A DNA stretch of 64,000 bases. It comes from Chiloscyllium plagiosum. Lineage: Eukaryota. The DNA is taken from positions 37,534,288 to 37,598,287 of the forward strand of contig NC_057726.1 in NCBI RefSeq assembly GCF_004010195.1, in the 5' to 3' direction. Position 1 is the first letter of the stretch. Every line of letters starts with the position of its first letter. The position numbers were made by a program, and so were the translations under genes. Shown piece after piece: positions 36,361-47,698 of the stretch. The notes beneath the pieces were generated by a model. The model had not been told where the DNA came from, did not search any database, and saw only the letters and a list, made by a program, of their open reading frames with translations.

Positions 36361-36679
36361 GGAACTACAAGACATAACGTGGTAGGAACAGATGTCTCTG
36401 TGTAGAACCCAAGCATAATAAACACATTAAATTCTGAATTAATGTGAAAAAAATCAACCTGAATTACGGACAGAGCAAGAGAAAAACAAAATTGTCATTT
36501 TCAGCTATACGCAAAGGATTGGATCCACCTAAAATTAACTCTAGCCTTTGAGGCAGGAACCATCTGAGCCATATGACAATATCTTAGCCAAATTGAGAAA
36601 TATAGCCATCTATTGTAACTTCAAAGCAAGAGAAAATAAAAGCCTGGTAGACCATTTATTTGGAGCTCTGCCCGCTTTT

Positions 36680-39600
36680 TAAAATTTATTCATAGGATGT
36701 GATTGTCACAAACTCAAAAATCATTATCTCTCATTTCCAATAGCCTTGAAGAAGATGGTGCTAAACTTCCACCTTAAACAGTTGCAGTCAGTGAAGTGTA
36801 GTGCTATTTGGGAGAGATTTCTAGGATTTCAACAAATCCACAGTGAAGGGAATGTGATATGATTCCAAATCGGAATTGGGTGCAGGGAATTTGTCAGTGT
36901 TAGAGTTTCCATGTGTCTGTTGTCCTTATACTTCTAGTTGGTATGGATCAAAACTTTGGAAAGTTTTGTCTAAAAGGATCTTGATGAGTTGTAACAGTGT
37001 AATTTGGAAATGGCATACACTGCTGCCACTGTACATTAGTGGTGGTGGGAGTGGATATTCAAGATGTTCGATGGGGTGCAAGCCAACTGGGCTCCTTTGT
37101 TCTGGAAAGTGTTCAGCTGCTTGTTGTAACAACAATCACCCAGACAAATGGAGAATGTTTCATCACACTTTTGACTTGTACCTTCGACAGGCTTTCAGGA
37201 GTCATAATATGAGTTAACTGTCATTGGATTCCTAGATTCTGATCTGCTCTTGTCGCCACAATACTTATATAGCTGTTCCATTCCTGTTTCTGGTCAATGG
37301 TAATCCCCAGGATATTTATAATGGGGTATTCAGGGATGACAAAATCATTTAATGTCAAGGGGTAATGGTTACATTCTCTTTTTGGGAGATGAGCATTGCC
37401 TCATTCCATAATTGCTACTCGCCACTTGTCAGCCCAAAATCAGGATATTGTCCAAGCCCTGCTGTATTTTGATACACAATCTTTCACTCCTAAAGGAGAC
37501 TGGAATGATGTGCTGAACAATGTGCAATCCTCTGTGAACATGCCCATCTCAGCTCTGAAGAAGTGTAATTGGATTTGCAATATTAATTCTGTTCCTCTCT
37601 TCACAGAAACTGCCAGATCTGTTGAGCTTCTTCAACAGGTTCTCATTTAACTTCATATCTCCAGCTTATTCAGTATTTTATTTTTATTATCCCCATTTCT
37701 GACCTTATGATGGATGTAAAGTCTTTGATGAAGTGAATGCAGATGTGTGGGGTGAAGACATCACCATGAGGAACTCTAAGACTTATGTTCGATGATTGAG
37801 ATGGGCGGCACAATGGCTCAGTGGTTAGCACTGTTGCTTCACAACAACAGGGTCCCAGGTTTGATTCCAGCCTCGGGTGACTGTCTGTGCACATTCTCCC
37901 CGTGTCTGCGTGGGTTTCCTCTGGGTGCTCCGGTTTCCTCCCACAGTCCAAAGATGTGCAGATCAGGTGAATTGGCCATGCCAAATTGCCCATAGTCTTA
38001 GGTGCATTAGTCAGAGGGAAACGGGTCTGGGTGGGTTACTCTTCGGAGGGTTGGTGTGGACTGGTTAGGCTGAAGGACCTGTTTCCACACTGTAGGGAAT
38101 CTAATCTAATCAAAATCATGACCATTTTCCTTGTCCTCAGTTTGACTCTAACCTTCATTATTCCCCCGATTTCCATGGACTCCAATTCTGCTGGGTTTGC
38201 TTGATGCCACACTTGGTCAATAGTGCACTGATATTAAAGGCAGTCACTTTCACTTCCCTCTTGAATTCAGCTGTAATAAGGTCAATAATAATAAGGGCTA
38301 ATGCTGAAATAAGACCAGAAGATGGTTGAACTTGGCACAACCCAAACATAACGTCAGTAAGAAGGGTATTGAAACTTGATATCATTTTGCTGATGGTTCA
38401 GAACAGACTCATGGATATAATTTACTGTGTTGGGTTTGTCCTATATTTTTTGTGGACAGCAGATAGGTGGGCAATTTTCCAGGTTGCTGGATAATTGCTT
38501 GTGATCTAATTGCACTGAAGCAGCTTGGTTAGGCATGTAGCTATTTCGGGAGCACAAATCGTTAAGACAATGGCAGATTGTTGCCAGTGTGAATAGGATT
38601 TGCAATACCCAGTGATTTTAGCAGTTTCTTGATGTCATGTGCAGTGAATTGAATTGGCTGAAGATTGGTATCTGTATCTCATGAGGAAGACATGACTGAA
38701 TATCCACTTGTACGTCTGGTAGAAGATGTTTGTCACTGTTTCAGCCCTAGTTGATGTGCTAGACTCCTTCAGCATTGAAAATGAGGATAGTCGTGGAACT
38801 TCCTCCTCCAGTGAATTGTTTAATTGTTCATTCATGATGTGGCAGAACTGCAAAGCTTAAATCTGGTCCGTTGCTTATGAGACCACTTAGCTCTGCCTCT
38901 TGATTTCTGCTTACATTGCATGGCATGGATATAACCATGTTGCAGCTTCACCAAGTTAACATCTCATGTTTAAATATTCCTGATTCTACAGTTGGCATGC
39001 CCTCCTACAATCTTCATTGAACTAGGAGTGATTGCCTGGCTTGGTGATAAAGGTAGCGTGGTAGATATTCCAGGCCATAAGGTCACAGATGGCAGTTGAA
39101 TATGATTCAATTGCAGTTGATGGCCTGTAGCAGCTCATGGATGCAAACACCTGAGTCACTAGACCTATTCAAGTCTATCCCATTCAGCACAGTGGTAGTG
39201 CCATGTAACACATTGGAGACTGTCCTCAAATTGAAGCTGTGATTTCATCTCCACCAATGACCATGAATTTCTCCCTCACTGTAATGCTATTATGGGCATT
39301 TATGTTGGAAAGAGAGAGACTAATGGGATGAGTTCAAATAGCTTTTCCTCTTGTTGATCCTCTCAATGTCTGCAGTGAAGGAGCTATACCCTTTTGAATT
39401 TGGCCAGCTGAGCCAGTAATGGTGCTGTTGTGCACTTAGGTTACCCATCCTGACCTAGCCAGTGACACAATGACATCCCATGAGTGAAGTGAAAAAAAGA
39501 ACCTTCTGCCATCGACAGTGCTTCCTCCAAGTGGTGTTTAAACTGGAGGTTTACTGATTCACCAACTGAAGGGATCAGTGGGTGATAATCAATGGGAATT

Positions 39601-39850
39601 TCCTTGGCCATGTTGACTTGATGCCACAAGACTTTTTTGGGGTCCAGAATCAATGTTGAGGATACCCAGGACAGCTCCCCTGCAACTGAACATGAATGCT
39701 GATTGTCGTCTCTGAGATATTGTCTTTAAGGTATGAGGATGATTATGTCAGGCTGTTGCTTCAGACAACAATATCAACTTTGGCACAAGTCCAAACATGT
39801 TAGTAAGAAGGTTTTTGCAAGCTTGACAGGAATGTCAATATGTCACAGAG
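36680..39850 (-). mobile_element. Long degenerate CR1/L2-clade LINE
   Basis: Continuous homology to 11298-11760 and 30295-31760, extending about 3 kb toward the 5' end; interrupted by HE1 (37803-38111) and a pLTR fragment (about 37585-37665). Confidence 0.75.
37803..38111 (+). mobile_element. Full-length HE1-type (V-SINE) SINE
   Basis: gggcggcacaatggctcagtggttagcac (A box), ggtttgattccag (B box), V-domain ttcctcccacagtccaaagatgtgcag, tail ccacactgtagggaatctaatctaatc. Confidence 0.95.
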
Positions 39851-39859
39851 TAGCTTGCT

Positions 39860-40105
39860 TCTTTAAGAATAAGCCACATGCTGTAGATACGTAGGCCAGA
39901 CCAGGTAAGGATGGTCATTGACATTAGTGAACTAGATGGGTCTTCACAACAATTGACAATTGCCTCATGATCACAATGAGAACTAATTCCAGAATTATTA
40001 ATTGAGTTCAAAATTTACTTTCTGCAGTAAGTGGTTATGAACCCATACCCCGAACATTAACTTGGGCGTCTGGTTGCCAGTGACAATGCCATTATGTCAC
40101 CACCA
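39860..40105 (-). mobile_element. Second tRNA-derived SINE family (head and body)
   Basis: Minus strand ggtggtgacataatggcattgtcactgg...gggttcataaccac...cccatctagttcactaatgtc...ccttacctggtctggcctacg. Confidence 0.65.
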
Positions 40106-40559
40106 ACCTTGTGGTTACATGCCCTAATATACAAAAAAAATCGAAGTAGGATAATCTCATGAAATTGCAGATTTTTGATAGCTACAGTACGAGCAGTCAG
40201 ATGGAAATGGTGGATACCCAAAAGGCTAAGTTAAGTCAAGGAAAGGCAGGATAGTTACTACAGTGAAATAACAATATTCAGCCAACAAAATGTGTGGATG
40301 ACTTCATGAGTTCACACACAGAAGAAAGTTTCCCACATATAGAACAAGCTGCAGAATTTGTGGAAAGCCCAAGCCCTGGGAAAAGATAAGCAGAATAGAG
40401 AGAAAAGACAGAAATGGGATCAACGGAAGTGAATAACAGGATGAATAAGAAGAAAGAAAAGCAAAATATCTGTATCCTAAAAATGTTGATGTGTTTCAGA
40501 ACATAACAGACAAAGATGAAATTGCTGGATGGGACACCTTCCAGAGAAAATAAATTCAT

Positions 40560-42510
40560 ACAAACCATTTAGATCAGGAAAAAAGAGAGAAACCAGCCCA
40601 CAACTATAAATCTGAACCAGAAGCTTGATACTGTAGCACAGAGAATCATAAACTCCACTTGAATCTATGCCAAAAACCTTTTTTTCCAAAAAATGTGAAC
40701 GAGCACAGTTACGCAAAGAAAGATTCTCTGAAACTGAGCAACCTTATGTTGATGGCATATGTTGCAACTGAAATTTGACAACTACGATCAACCCAAATAA
40801 GTGGAACACAAAAAGGAAAAGATAGTAAACATATGTTGTACATCATTGAAACAGAAGATCCTACTATCCTGGGATTCAACAGTTATTGTACCTAATAGAG
40901 TCATAGAGATGTACAGCACGGAAACAGACCTTTCGTCCATGCCAAGCAGATATCCTAACCTAATCTAGTCCCACCTGCCAGCATCCGGCCTATATCCCTC
41001 CAAACCCTTCTTATTCATATACCCATCCAGATGCCTCCACCACTTCCTCTGGCAGCTCATCGCATACATGCAGCACACTCTCCGTGAAAACGTTGCCCCT
41101 TATGTCTCTTTTATATCTTTCCCCTCTCACGCTATACATATGCTGTCTAGTTCTGGACTCCCCCAGCCCAGGGAAAAGACCTTGTCTATTCACCTTATCC
41201 ATGTCTCTCATGATTTTATAAACCTCTACAGAGTCACCCCTCAGCCTCTGACGCTCCAGGGAAAACAACCTGAACCTATTCAGCCTCTCCCTATAGCTCA
41301 AATCCTCCAACTCTGGCAACATCCTTGTAAATGTTTTCTGAATCCTTTCAAGTTTCACAATATCCTTCTGATAGGAAGGAGACCAGAATTGCTCGCAATA
41401 TTCCAAAAGTGGCCTAACCAATGTCCTGTAAAGCTGCAATATGACCTCCCAACTCCTGTACTCAATGCTCTGACCAATAAAGGTAAGCGATATCAAACAC
41501 CTTCTTCACTATCCTTTCTACCTATAACTCTACTTTCAAGGAGTTATGAACCTGCACTCCAATGTCGTTTTGTTCAGCAACACTCCCCAGGACCTTATCA
41601 TTAAGTGTATAAGTCCTGCTTAGATTTGCTTTCCCAAGATGCAACAGCTCGCATTTATCTAAATTAAACTCCATCTGCCACTCCTCAGCCCATTGGCCCA
41701 TCTGACCAAGATCCCGTGTAATCTGAGGTAACCTTCTTTGCTATCCACTAGATCTCCAATTTTGGTGTCACAGATGGTTGATTGTAGTACACCCTTTGAA
41801 AAGTGCCATCTAGTTCTTGCATCTACCTCTTGACCTTAAAGTGAGCCAGGATGTGTTCCAAAAGGAAGCTGATGAGACATACAGTGAATGCAAAGAATGA
41901 ATGGACATAGCTGATGATATCCAAATCTATGGTATAGATGGATAATGTCACCACTACTATGTGTATGAAGTCATGGGGAGAACCAGGAAATATGGATTGC
42001 AAATACATTGTGAACGTGACAAAATTCCATTTTGTTAGAAAGTGTACATAGCTTTCAGCGGAATTCTGAAAATGTTACAACTATCTCAGAGATGAACCTC
42101 CAAGAGACAGGAAATCTTGAATTGAATTAGTACATGAATTCTGTCATACCTTATGTGCCAGAATAGACAACAAATCTACGAGAGCTGATGAGAGAGAATG
42201 TTGAGTACCAATGGTCAGAGTCACTTGTGAAGAGTTCCAGCGAATTCAAAAGAGGAACATGCAACCAGTAAAGTCTATTAAACATGAACAGCAATAAAGC
42301 TGATACTGTCAAAGTAGACTTACTCTTCTGCAAGAAGACTGGGAGTGGCCCTGATATGAGCAGGGAAACCAAAAACATCCACACCTAAAGTTACCACACA
42401 GAAAGAGAGCTTTTGGCGGTAAGGTGAAAATGTCCATGCACATCTCTGTGGGAGAAAGCTCTTCATGGAGATTGATGATCATTCAAGAAAATATTGAGCA
42501 GATCATTGGT
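40560..42510 (+). mobile_element. Gypsy LTR retrotransposon pol remnant (protease-RT-RNaseH)
   Basis: PTILG (protease end, about 40860); LKVSQDVFQ and DIADDIQIYG (RT, about 41835-41935); NLRELMRENVEYQW and ERELLAV (RNaseH). Frameshifted. Confidence 0.8.
40896..41770 (-). mobile_element. Relatively young CR1/HER1 LINE 3' fragment inserted in Gypsy pol
   Basis: ORF 41011-41496 LYRTLVRPLLEYCEQFWSP...LERIQKTFTRMLP...SYRERLNRFRLFSLE; tail ctgtacatctctatgactcta. Confidence 0.95.
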
Positions 42511-42904
42511 AAGATGACAAAGGTTGTTCTTAAGGTTTCCCTACCAGAATATTTTGATGTTATCTTTCCCTTCGATTCTCTTAGAAACAGTGCAACTCCA
42601 AAGAACATCAAATGTTCTCATGGAATCAAAGAAGTGCAGAAGGAGGCTATTCAGTCCATCAATGAATTCTTGTTTGGGATGAATGATGTTTTTGAAGATA
42701 TCAATGTGCTGGAAGGCATTTTGAGGTATCAAAATGGAGAGCCTCAATGAATGTCAAAGATTAATTCATCGAATCAAGCTCTCAAAGACATTGTGACAAA
42801 GCTTTCAAATTGTTATTAAACATAATCCGTAGCACACACATTTTAAAAAAACTAAAGGAAATTTAAGACCAATAATACTGAATTTGTTAGCCTTTTCAAT
42901 TAGT

Positions 42905-43070
42905 TCAAAGTTTGTGAGAAGATTTGTAGCTGTGGTGTTTCCTCGGCATAATGCCGGAGGAAACACCACAGTAGCGCTTCACAGGAGGCTCCCAAGCACT
43001 GAGGATGTCACCTAGACAGGGGACGAAACGTTTGCAACAAAAACTTCCAGCTTGGCGAACAGAACCACAG
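42905..43070 (+). mobile_element. Young PLE family C mini-element with inverted tail
   Basis: Inverted 3' tail gtttgtgagaagatttgtagct, fold-back junction ctgtggtgtttcctcggcat/atgccggaggaaacaccacag, then pLTR; TSD cttttcaattagt (42892-42904 and 43071-43083). Confidence 0.9.
42996..43035 (+). ncRNA. Minimal hammerhead ribozyme motif (PLE family C), intact
   Basis: GCA-CUGAGGA-U-GUCACCU agac AGGGGAC-GAA-ACGU-U-UGC: stem I GCA/UGC, complete core, 7 bp stem II with one mismatch, palindromic ACGU. Confidence 0.75.
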
Positions 43071-43149
43071 CTTTTCAATTAGTGCAAGACAAAATGTTTC
43101 CATAGTGAATCTGAAAGCAAATTGGAGCCATATTTTGGGAGCAGCAAGG

Positions 43150-43460
43150 GCAGAATTGTTGGGGAGGACAATGTTGGGAAAATTGCTGGTAGACATGTGG
43201 GAAGAGAAATTGACAGAAAAAAACTCAGTGGAGAGAGAAGGAGAGACTGAGATAGGGGAAAAGAGATGGAGACCAGGGGAAGGGAGGAAAAGAGTTCTGG
43301 GGAGACAATCTGAAGGAGGAGAGACATAAAGGGAAATGTCCGAGGGAGTTCTTGCTTGGCTGGGAGTGGGAGCACAATGCTGGGGAAGGAGATATGGGGA
43401 TTAGCTGAATTCTGGAGCAAGAGATCAAGAAGAGTTCATTTCAGGTGGTAGGAGGTCAGG
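43150..43460. repeat. Purine-rich low-complexity tract
   Basis: G/A-rich (ggagagagaaggagagactgagatagggg...). Confidence 0.6.
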
Positions 43461-43599
43461 GGAACTCACTCCAGGGGCTGTATCTTATTCTTTTTGGTTA
43501 AGGCTGAGTTGTGTAGAGTATTTTGGAGGGCTTCTCTCGATGAGATATAGTGGATTCTCTCACCATATCTTACCAAAATCGCCTCAGTAATTACCACAC

Positions 43600-45367
43600 G
43601 CTCCCCCCCATAGCATTCATCATGACTGATTTCCATCCCATCTTCGCACATGCTATTCCCAGAACAATTCAGTGGCTATCATGGACTTGACCAGCATCCA
43701 TTGGGCTTGTGCCATCATTAAATGCCCAGTGTGTGGCTGAACAAGTGATGTCAGTCTGCTGCAGCCCTACACAGTTCCTGACATTTACCCTGTTGAAAGC
43801 AGTTGGGGGGAAATTGGTACACAAGTGTGGGCAGTGTCTTGGAGTTCCTGCCAAAGAGATGTTGCAAAGGCTGGATTTCCTCTTCTTCCAGGAATGTTAT
43901 GGGCCTTGACAGCAGACCACACCCAGGACCTGTAGGGACCTTGAGATCAGACCATGTCAGCCTGGTCCCAGGTAGCCAAGTGTGTCCACGTTGTCTCAGC
44001 CATCTATCGGACTGGACAGTATTGAGGGTAGAAGGTCAATATACTTCTCTAATCTGAAGAATAAGTGCCATCATGTTCTCTCTGTTAGCTCACATTGACT
44101 CTACCTCCACTCCTGTGCCCCACCTCCCAACAAGACTCATGCTCCACCATTTCAATTTTACCTGCAAAATCTTCCTCATTCACTAATCCTGTACTGCTTA
44201 CTCACTTGCTCAGGACATGTCCCAGCCTGCATCAAAAGTAATAGCAGTGCCACCCACTTTCATTTCCTGTCTTTCTGTTTCTCTCTCATTCCAGGAGGAA
44301 AATAGGCTCCTGTAGGGCACATAGAGCCAAGGCAGGTGGTGTGCTACCTGTCATTAGGGTCCTCACCCCCTGAACAGGGTCTGGACTGGAATCAGGTACT
44401 ATCCTCGACTTACTGTGTGGGAAACTCCTGAGAGAAAGCTATGTCCCTTGACTTGACTAAGGCCTGCTGACAAAGTGATGTGGGCTGTGGCAAAATGTGT
44501 GGCACAATTGGCAATAAGTGCAATAAGGCCAGCCTCAATGTCGGGAGCAAATTGCACCATGTTTTATGCTTTTCACAAACCATGTGGAGAGATTCTTACT
44601 AGGCAGCTGAGAGATGCTAATTGACAGTCATTATTGATTGTCAAGTTTCTTGGCTTGGTGTCTGTGCAGGAAAATGAGTCTGATATCTTTGGTTGAGGGA
44701 CAAAATGCAAAAAGGCAAGGATGCAGGGAGCATACAGATCGGCTTAGAGTGAGTTACAACTAGTGAAGAGCATGGAAATGCAGCCAGGTCCAGTCCATGA
44801 GCTGGGTGCATGTTCTTGAGTGCCCCGTATCCTTGCAGCAGCATTAAAGTGATAGTTGCCAGTGCAGCCCAAAGCACAACATTGAATGTAGAAGCATTCT
44901 GTAAGTGGATCAGAGATACATGATGAGGGTTGTTAGAGGCTGGAAGATGCCAATGTCCATGGATATAGAGTATGCCTGTGTCCAGTGTTCTGGAGCTTGT
45001 CCTGAGGTATCCGTATTTCTGGTGTGGAGACTGTTTGGAGGAAGCCGTGAACTTAACCTGCTAACTGCTTGCTCTCATTTTCCTATTGTGTTTTTCTGAC
45101 ATTGTTTCTTTGACAAGTTTCATACAATAGGAGTCTAAATGTTAATGAGGTGAGTTGGGCTGTTAACAAGATGTTTAACAATCAATAATGACTGTCAATC
45201 AGCATCTCTCAGCTGCCTAGTGAGAATCTCTCCACATGGTTTGTGAAAAGCATAAAACATGGTGCAATTTGCTCCCGACATTGAGGCTGGCCTTATTGCA
45301 CTTATTGCCAATTGTGCCACACATTTTGCCACAGCCCACATCACTTTGTGCCCTAAAATAATCCACC
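43600..45367. mobile_element. PIF/Harbinger-like element remnant with Myb/SANT-like exon
   Basis: Acceptor ctttctgtttctctctcattccag at 44271-44294 precedes ...RAKAGGVLPVIRVLTP, similar to the KTGGG..P..LTP motif of Harbinger Myb/SANT proteins; putative terminus aaaataatccaccc at about 45367. Confidence 0.45.
44470..45349. repeat. Inverted repeat pair 44470-44641 / 45178-45349 (172 bp, 2 mismatches)
   Basis: acaaagtgatgtgggctgtggcaaaatg...gtcattattgattgt is the reverse complement of 45178-45349 except at two positions. Confidence 0.95.
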
Positions 45368-45700
45368 CTGGGAAATCGGAGATGGGGACATTCCTTCCAC
45401 GTATTAGCAAACTGGCAGGCAGGAGATGGATGTCAATTGGGTGATGGGAAAATGTTGGGGGAACTACATCCAGGTGGTTGGAAATTAGGGAGAGGTGAGG
45501 GACCTCCATCCAGATGGGGGCAAATTGGCAGCAGTGGAGCCACTATATCCGGATGGTGGGAAATGTAGGGATAGTGGGAAGTTCAATCTGGGTAATGGGA
45601 ACTTAGAGGTAACAGGACAACTCAGGCCGAGTGGTGGGAAGCTGGAGATTGAGTTCAATCCAGGACAGAGGACATTTAATTTTAGAACTAAGTATACTTT

Positions 45701-45881
45701 AGCAGGTTCAATTGGAAACACTAGCTTTAGGAGTGCAGCTCCTTCATCATGTGACAACCATCTGATGAAGGGGCAGTGCTCCGAAAGCTAGTCCTTCCAA
45801 TTAAATCTGTTGGACTATAACCTGGTGTTGTGTGATTTTTAACTTTGTACACCTCAGTCCAACACTGGCATCCCCAAATTA
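45701..45881. mobile_element. PLE family B fold-back mini-element
   Basis: Inverted arms with hammerhead motif tctgatgaaggggcagtgctccgaaagctagt; TSD taagtatacttt (45689-45700 and 45882-45893). Confidence 0.85.
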
Positions 45882-46539
45882 TAAGTATACTTTGTAATGA
45901 TGATTCAAATATCTCCTTGCTGAGGATTAGGTTAGCAATAAATTTGATGAAATAAAATTTTCGTAGGGACTAGGGGAGGAGTAGTCAAACTATTAAGAGA
46001 ATGAGATTTTATAATGTGGAGGTGCTGGTGTTGGACTGGAGTAGGTAGTATAAGCTTTTATAAAGTTTTATAATGTTTTAGGGTAAAGTACATATGCACA
46101 CCCATATGCAGGAACTAAAAAAATGAATTGGTGGTGAATGTGTTCACACTGTTAAACAGACTGCACAGTACATAACATAACAGTAGGACTAAGAAAAATC
46201 CATGGCACAATATTTTTGATGCCAATTTTATCTTGGTAATTCATGATTGCTGACTTCCTCATGAACATTACTCCATGTTAATTTGGTTTGGTTCTGAGCA
46301 GTGAAAGGAATTAAGTAATGCTAACTAGCAACACTAGAGTGTCATGACATTTTATTTGATGTCGACTGATGACAATGATGCCCATTGATACACACTTGGA
46401 ATATCAAATTCTAGCTATGAGACTGTTCTTGATTGGAGATGATGTCAAATGTAAAATGATTGTATCTGAGTAAAATGATATCAAGTGAAGCCTAAATGAT
46501 AGTTTTTGAGTGTAAATCAAAGCTTTTGAAAACAAGTTG

Positions 46540-47160
46540 GGCAAAGGATGTCAAATATTTCTGTTAGGGAACTTAAGAGTTACAATTTCACTCTGAAATA
46601 TAAGTCAGAAAGAGAAATTATGCTTGCAAATGTCATATCTCATCTGTTGTCAAGGAAGAAGCATGAAATATAAAATCTGGGAGTTAAGATCTGACAACTA
46701 GTTTATGGAAAACTACTGAAACTGAGTCCAATTAGAGTTAAGATCAATAAGTTAAAAAATTACATAGGTTGATCCAAGAATAGACTGTTAAGATGCAACC
46801 AATACAACCAGCAGCATGGCGGTGTTGGTCTATCAAATATAATCTGACTAGATGACAGAGCTTAGCTGGATGGATTCAGAATCATCCAAGACAATACTGA
46901 GGAAATTTCTTCAGAAGTTTTATAAAGACCACAAGGGGATGGAGAAATGCAAGCTCAGAGCCAGAATAGCTGTGGACGTCAGCATCTACAAAATCATCGG
47001 AAGAATGGCATTGACATGTCAAAAACATAGAAATACATCACAGAAAGAGATGATCATAACTCCTCACATACTATTCAGCTTATGAAATCCTATGAGATTT
47101 TAGTTCTTCACAATCAAAAATGGTATATCTTAGTATCAGATTATACTTCTAAGTTAGGAC
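46540..47160 (+). mobile_element. Gypsy pol remnant: RNaseH end and integrase
   Basis: YNFTLKYKSEREIMLANVISHL; LQKFYKDHKGMEKCKLRAR (HHCC region, ORF 46852-47085); HNQKWYILVSDY (integrase core start). Confidence 0.8.
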
Positions 47161-47531
47161 AGTGTATGGTACTAACTTATATGGCTATACCCTCTAGTTA
47201 TCTTCTTGTTGCAGCTAAATGACACTTGTTCACACAGTTGATAAGGAAAATCGAACACATATTTACAAATGTGAGAATATATTCACATTGTGCCCTCAGA
47301 GGTTTTCTTTTTCTTTTCCTTCCACTCTAGCTAGGTGCAGTCCTGGGATCCACAGCTAGGGTGAAGGGAGTCTGTCCTACACTGAAACTGATTGACCTTG
47401 AAGTGTTGATGGGCAGCCCTGGAGAGGTGTTTATTGCTGGAGGACTCAGACATGCTGACAGTATCCTGACCAGTTGCAGATTCACATTCCTTGGTTTGAA
47501 CTCCCACAGGTTTGGGGATTGCAGACAGAGT

Positions 47532-47698
47532 CAAAAAGTGTGATCCTGGAAAAGCACAGCTGGTCAGGCAGCATCTGAGGAGTTGACGTTTCAAGTATAA
47601 GCTCTTCATCAGGTATGCTGTCTGACCGGCTGTGCTTTCCAGCGCTACACATTTTGACTCTGATCTCCACCATCTGCAGTCCTCACTTTCTCCTAGTC
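47532..47698. mobile_element. PLE family A fold-back mini-element
   Basis: Arms ctggaaaagcacagctggtcaggcagcat / atgctgtctgaccggctgtgctttccag; TSD gattgcagacagagt (47517-47531 and 47699-47713). Confidence 0.85.

Noticed and set aside
37803-37880. tRNA genes at SINE heads (also near 5790, 51290 and 52870)
   Set aside because: A/B boxes continue into SINE bodies; no complete cloverleaf.
41011-41604. 161 aa and 178 aa ORFs
   Set aside because: CR1 RT C-terminus and its antisense frame.
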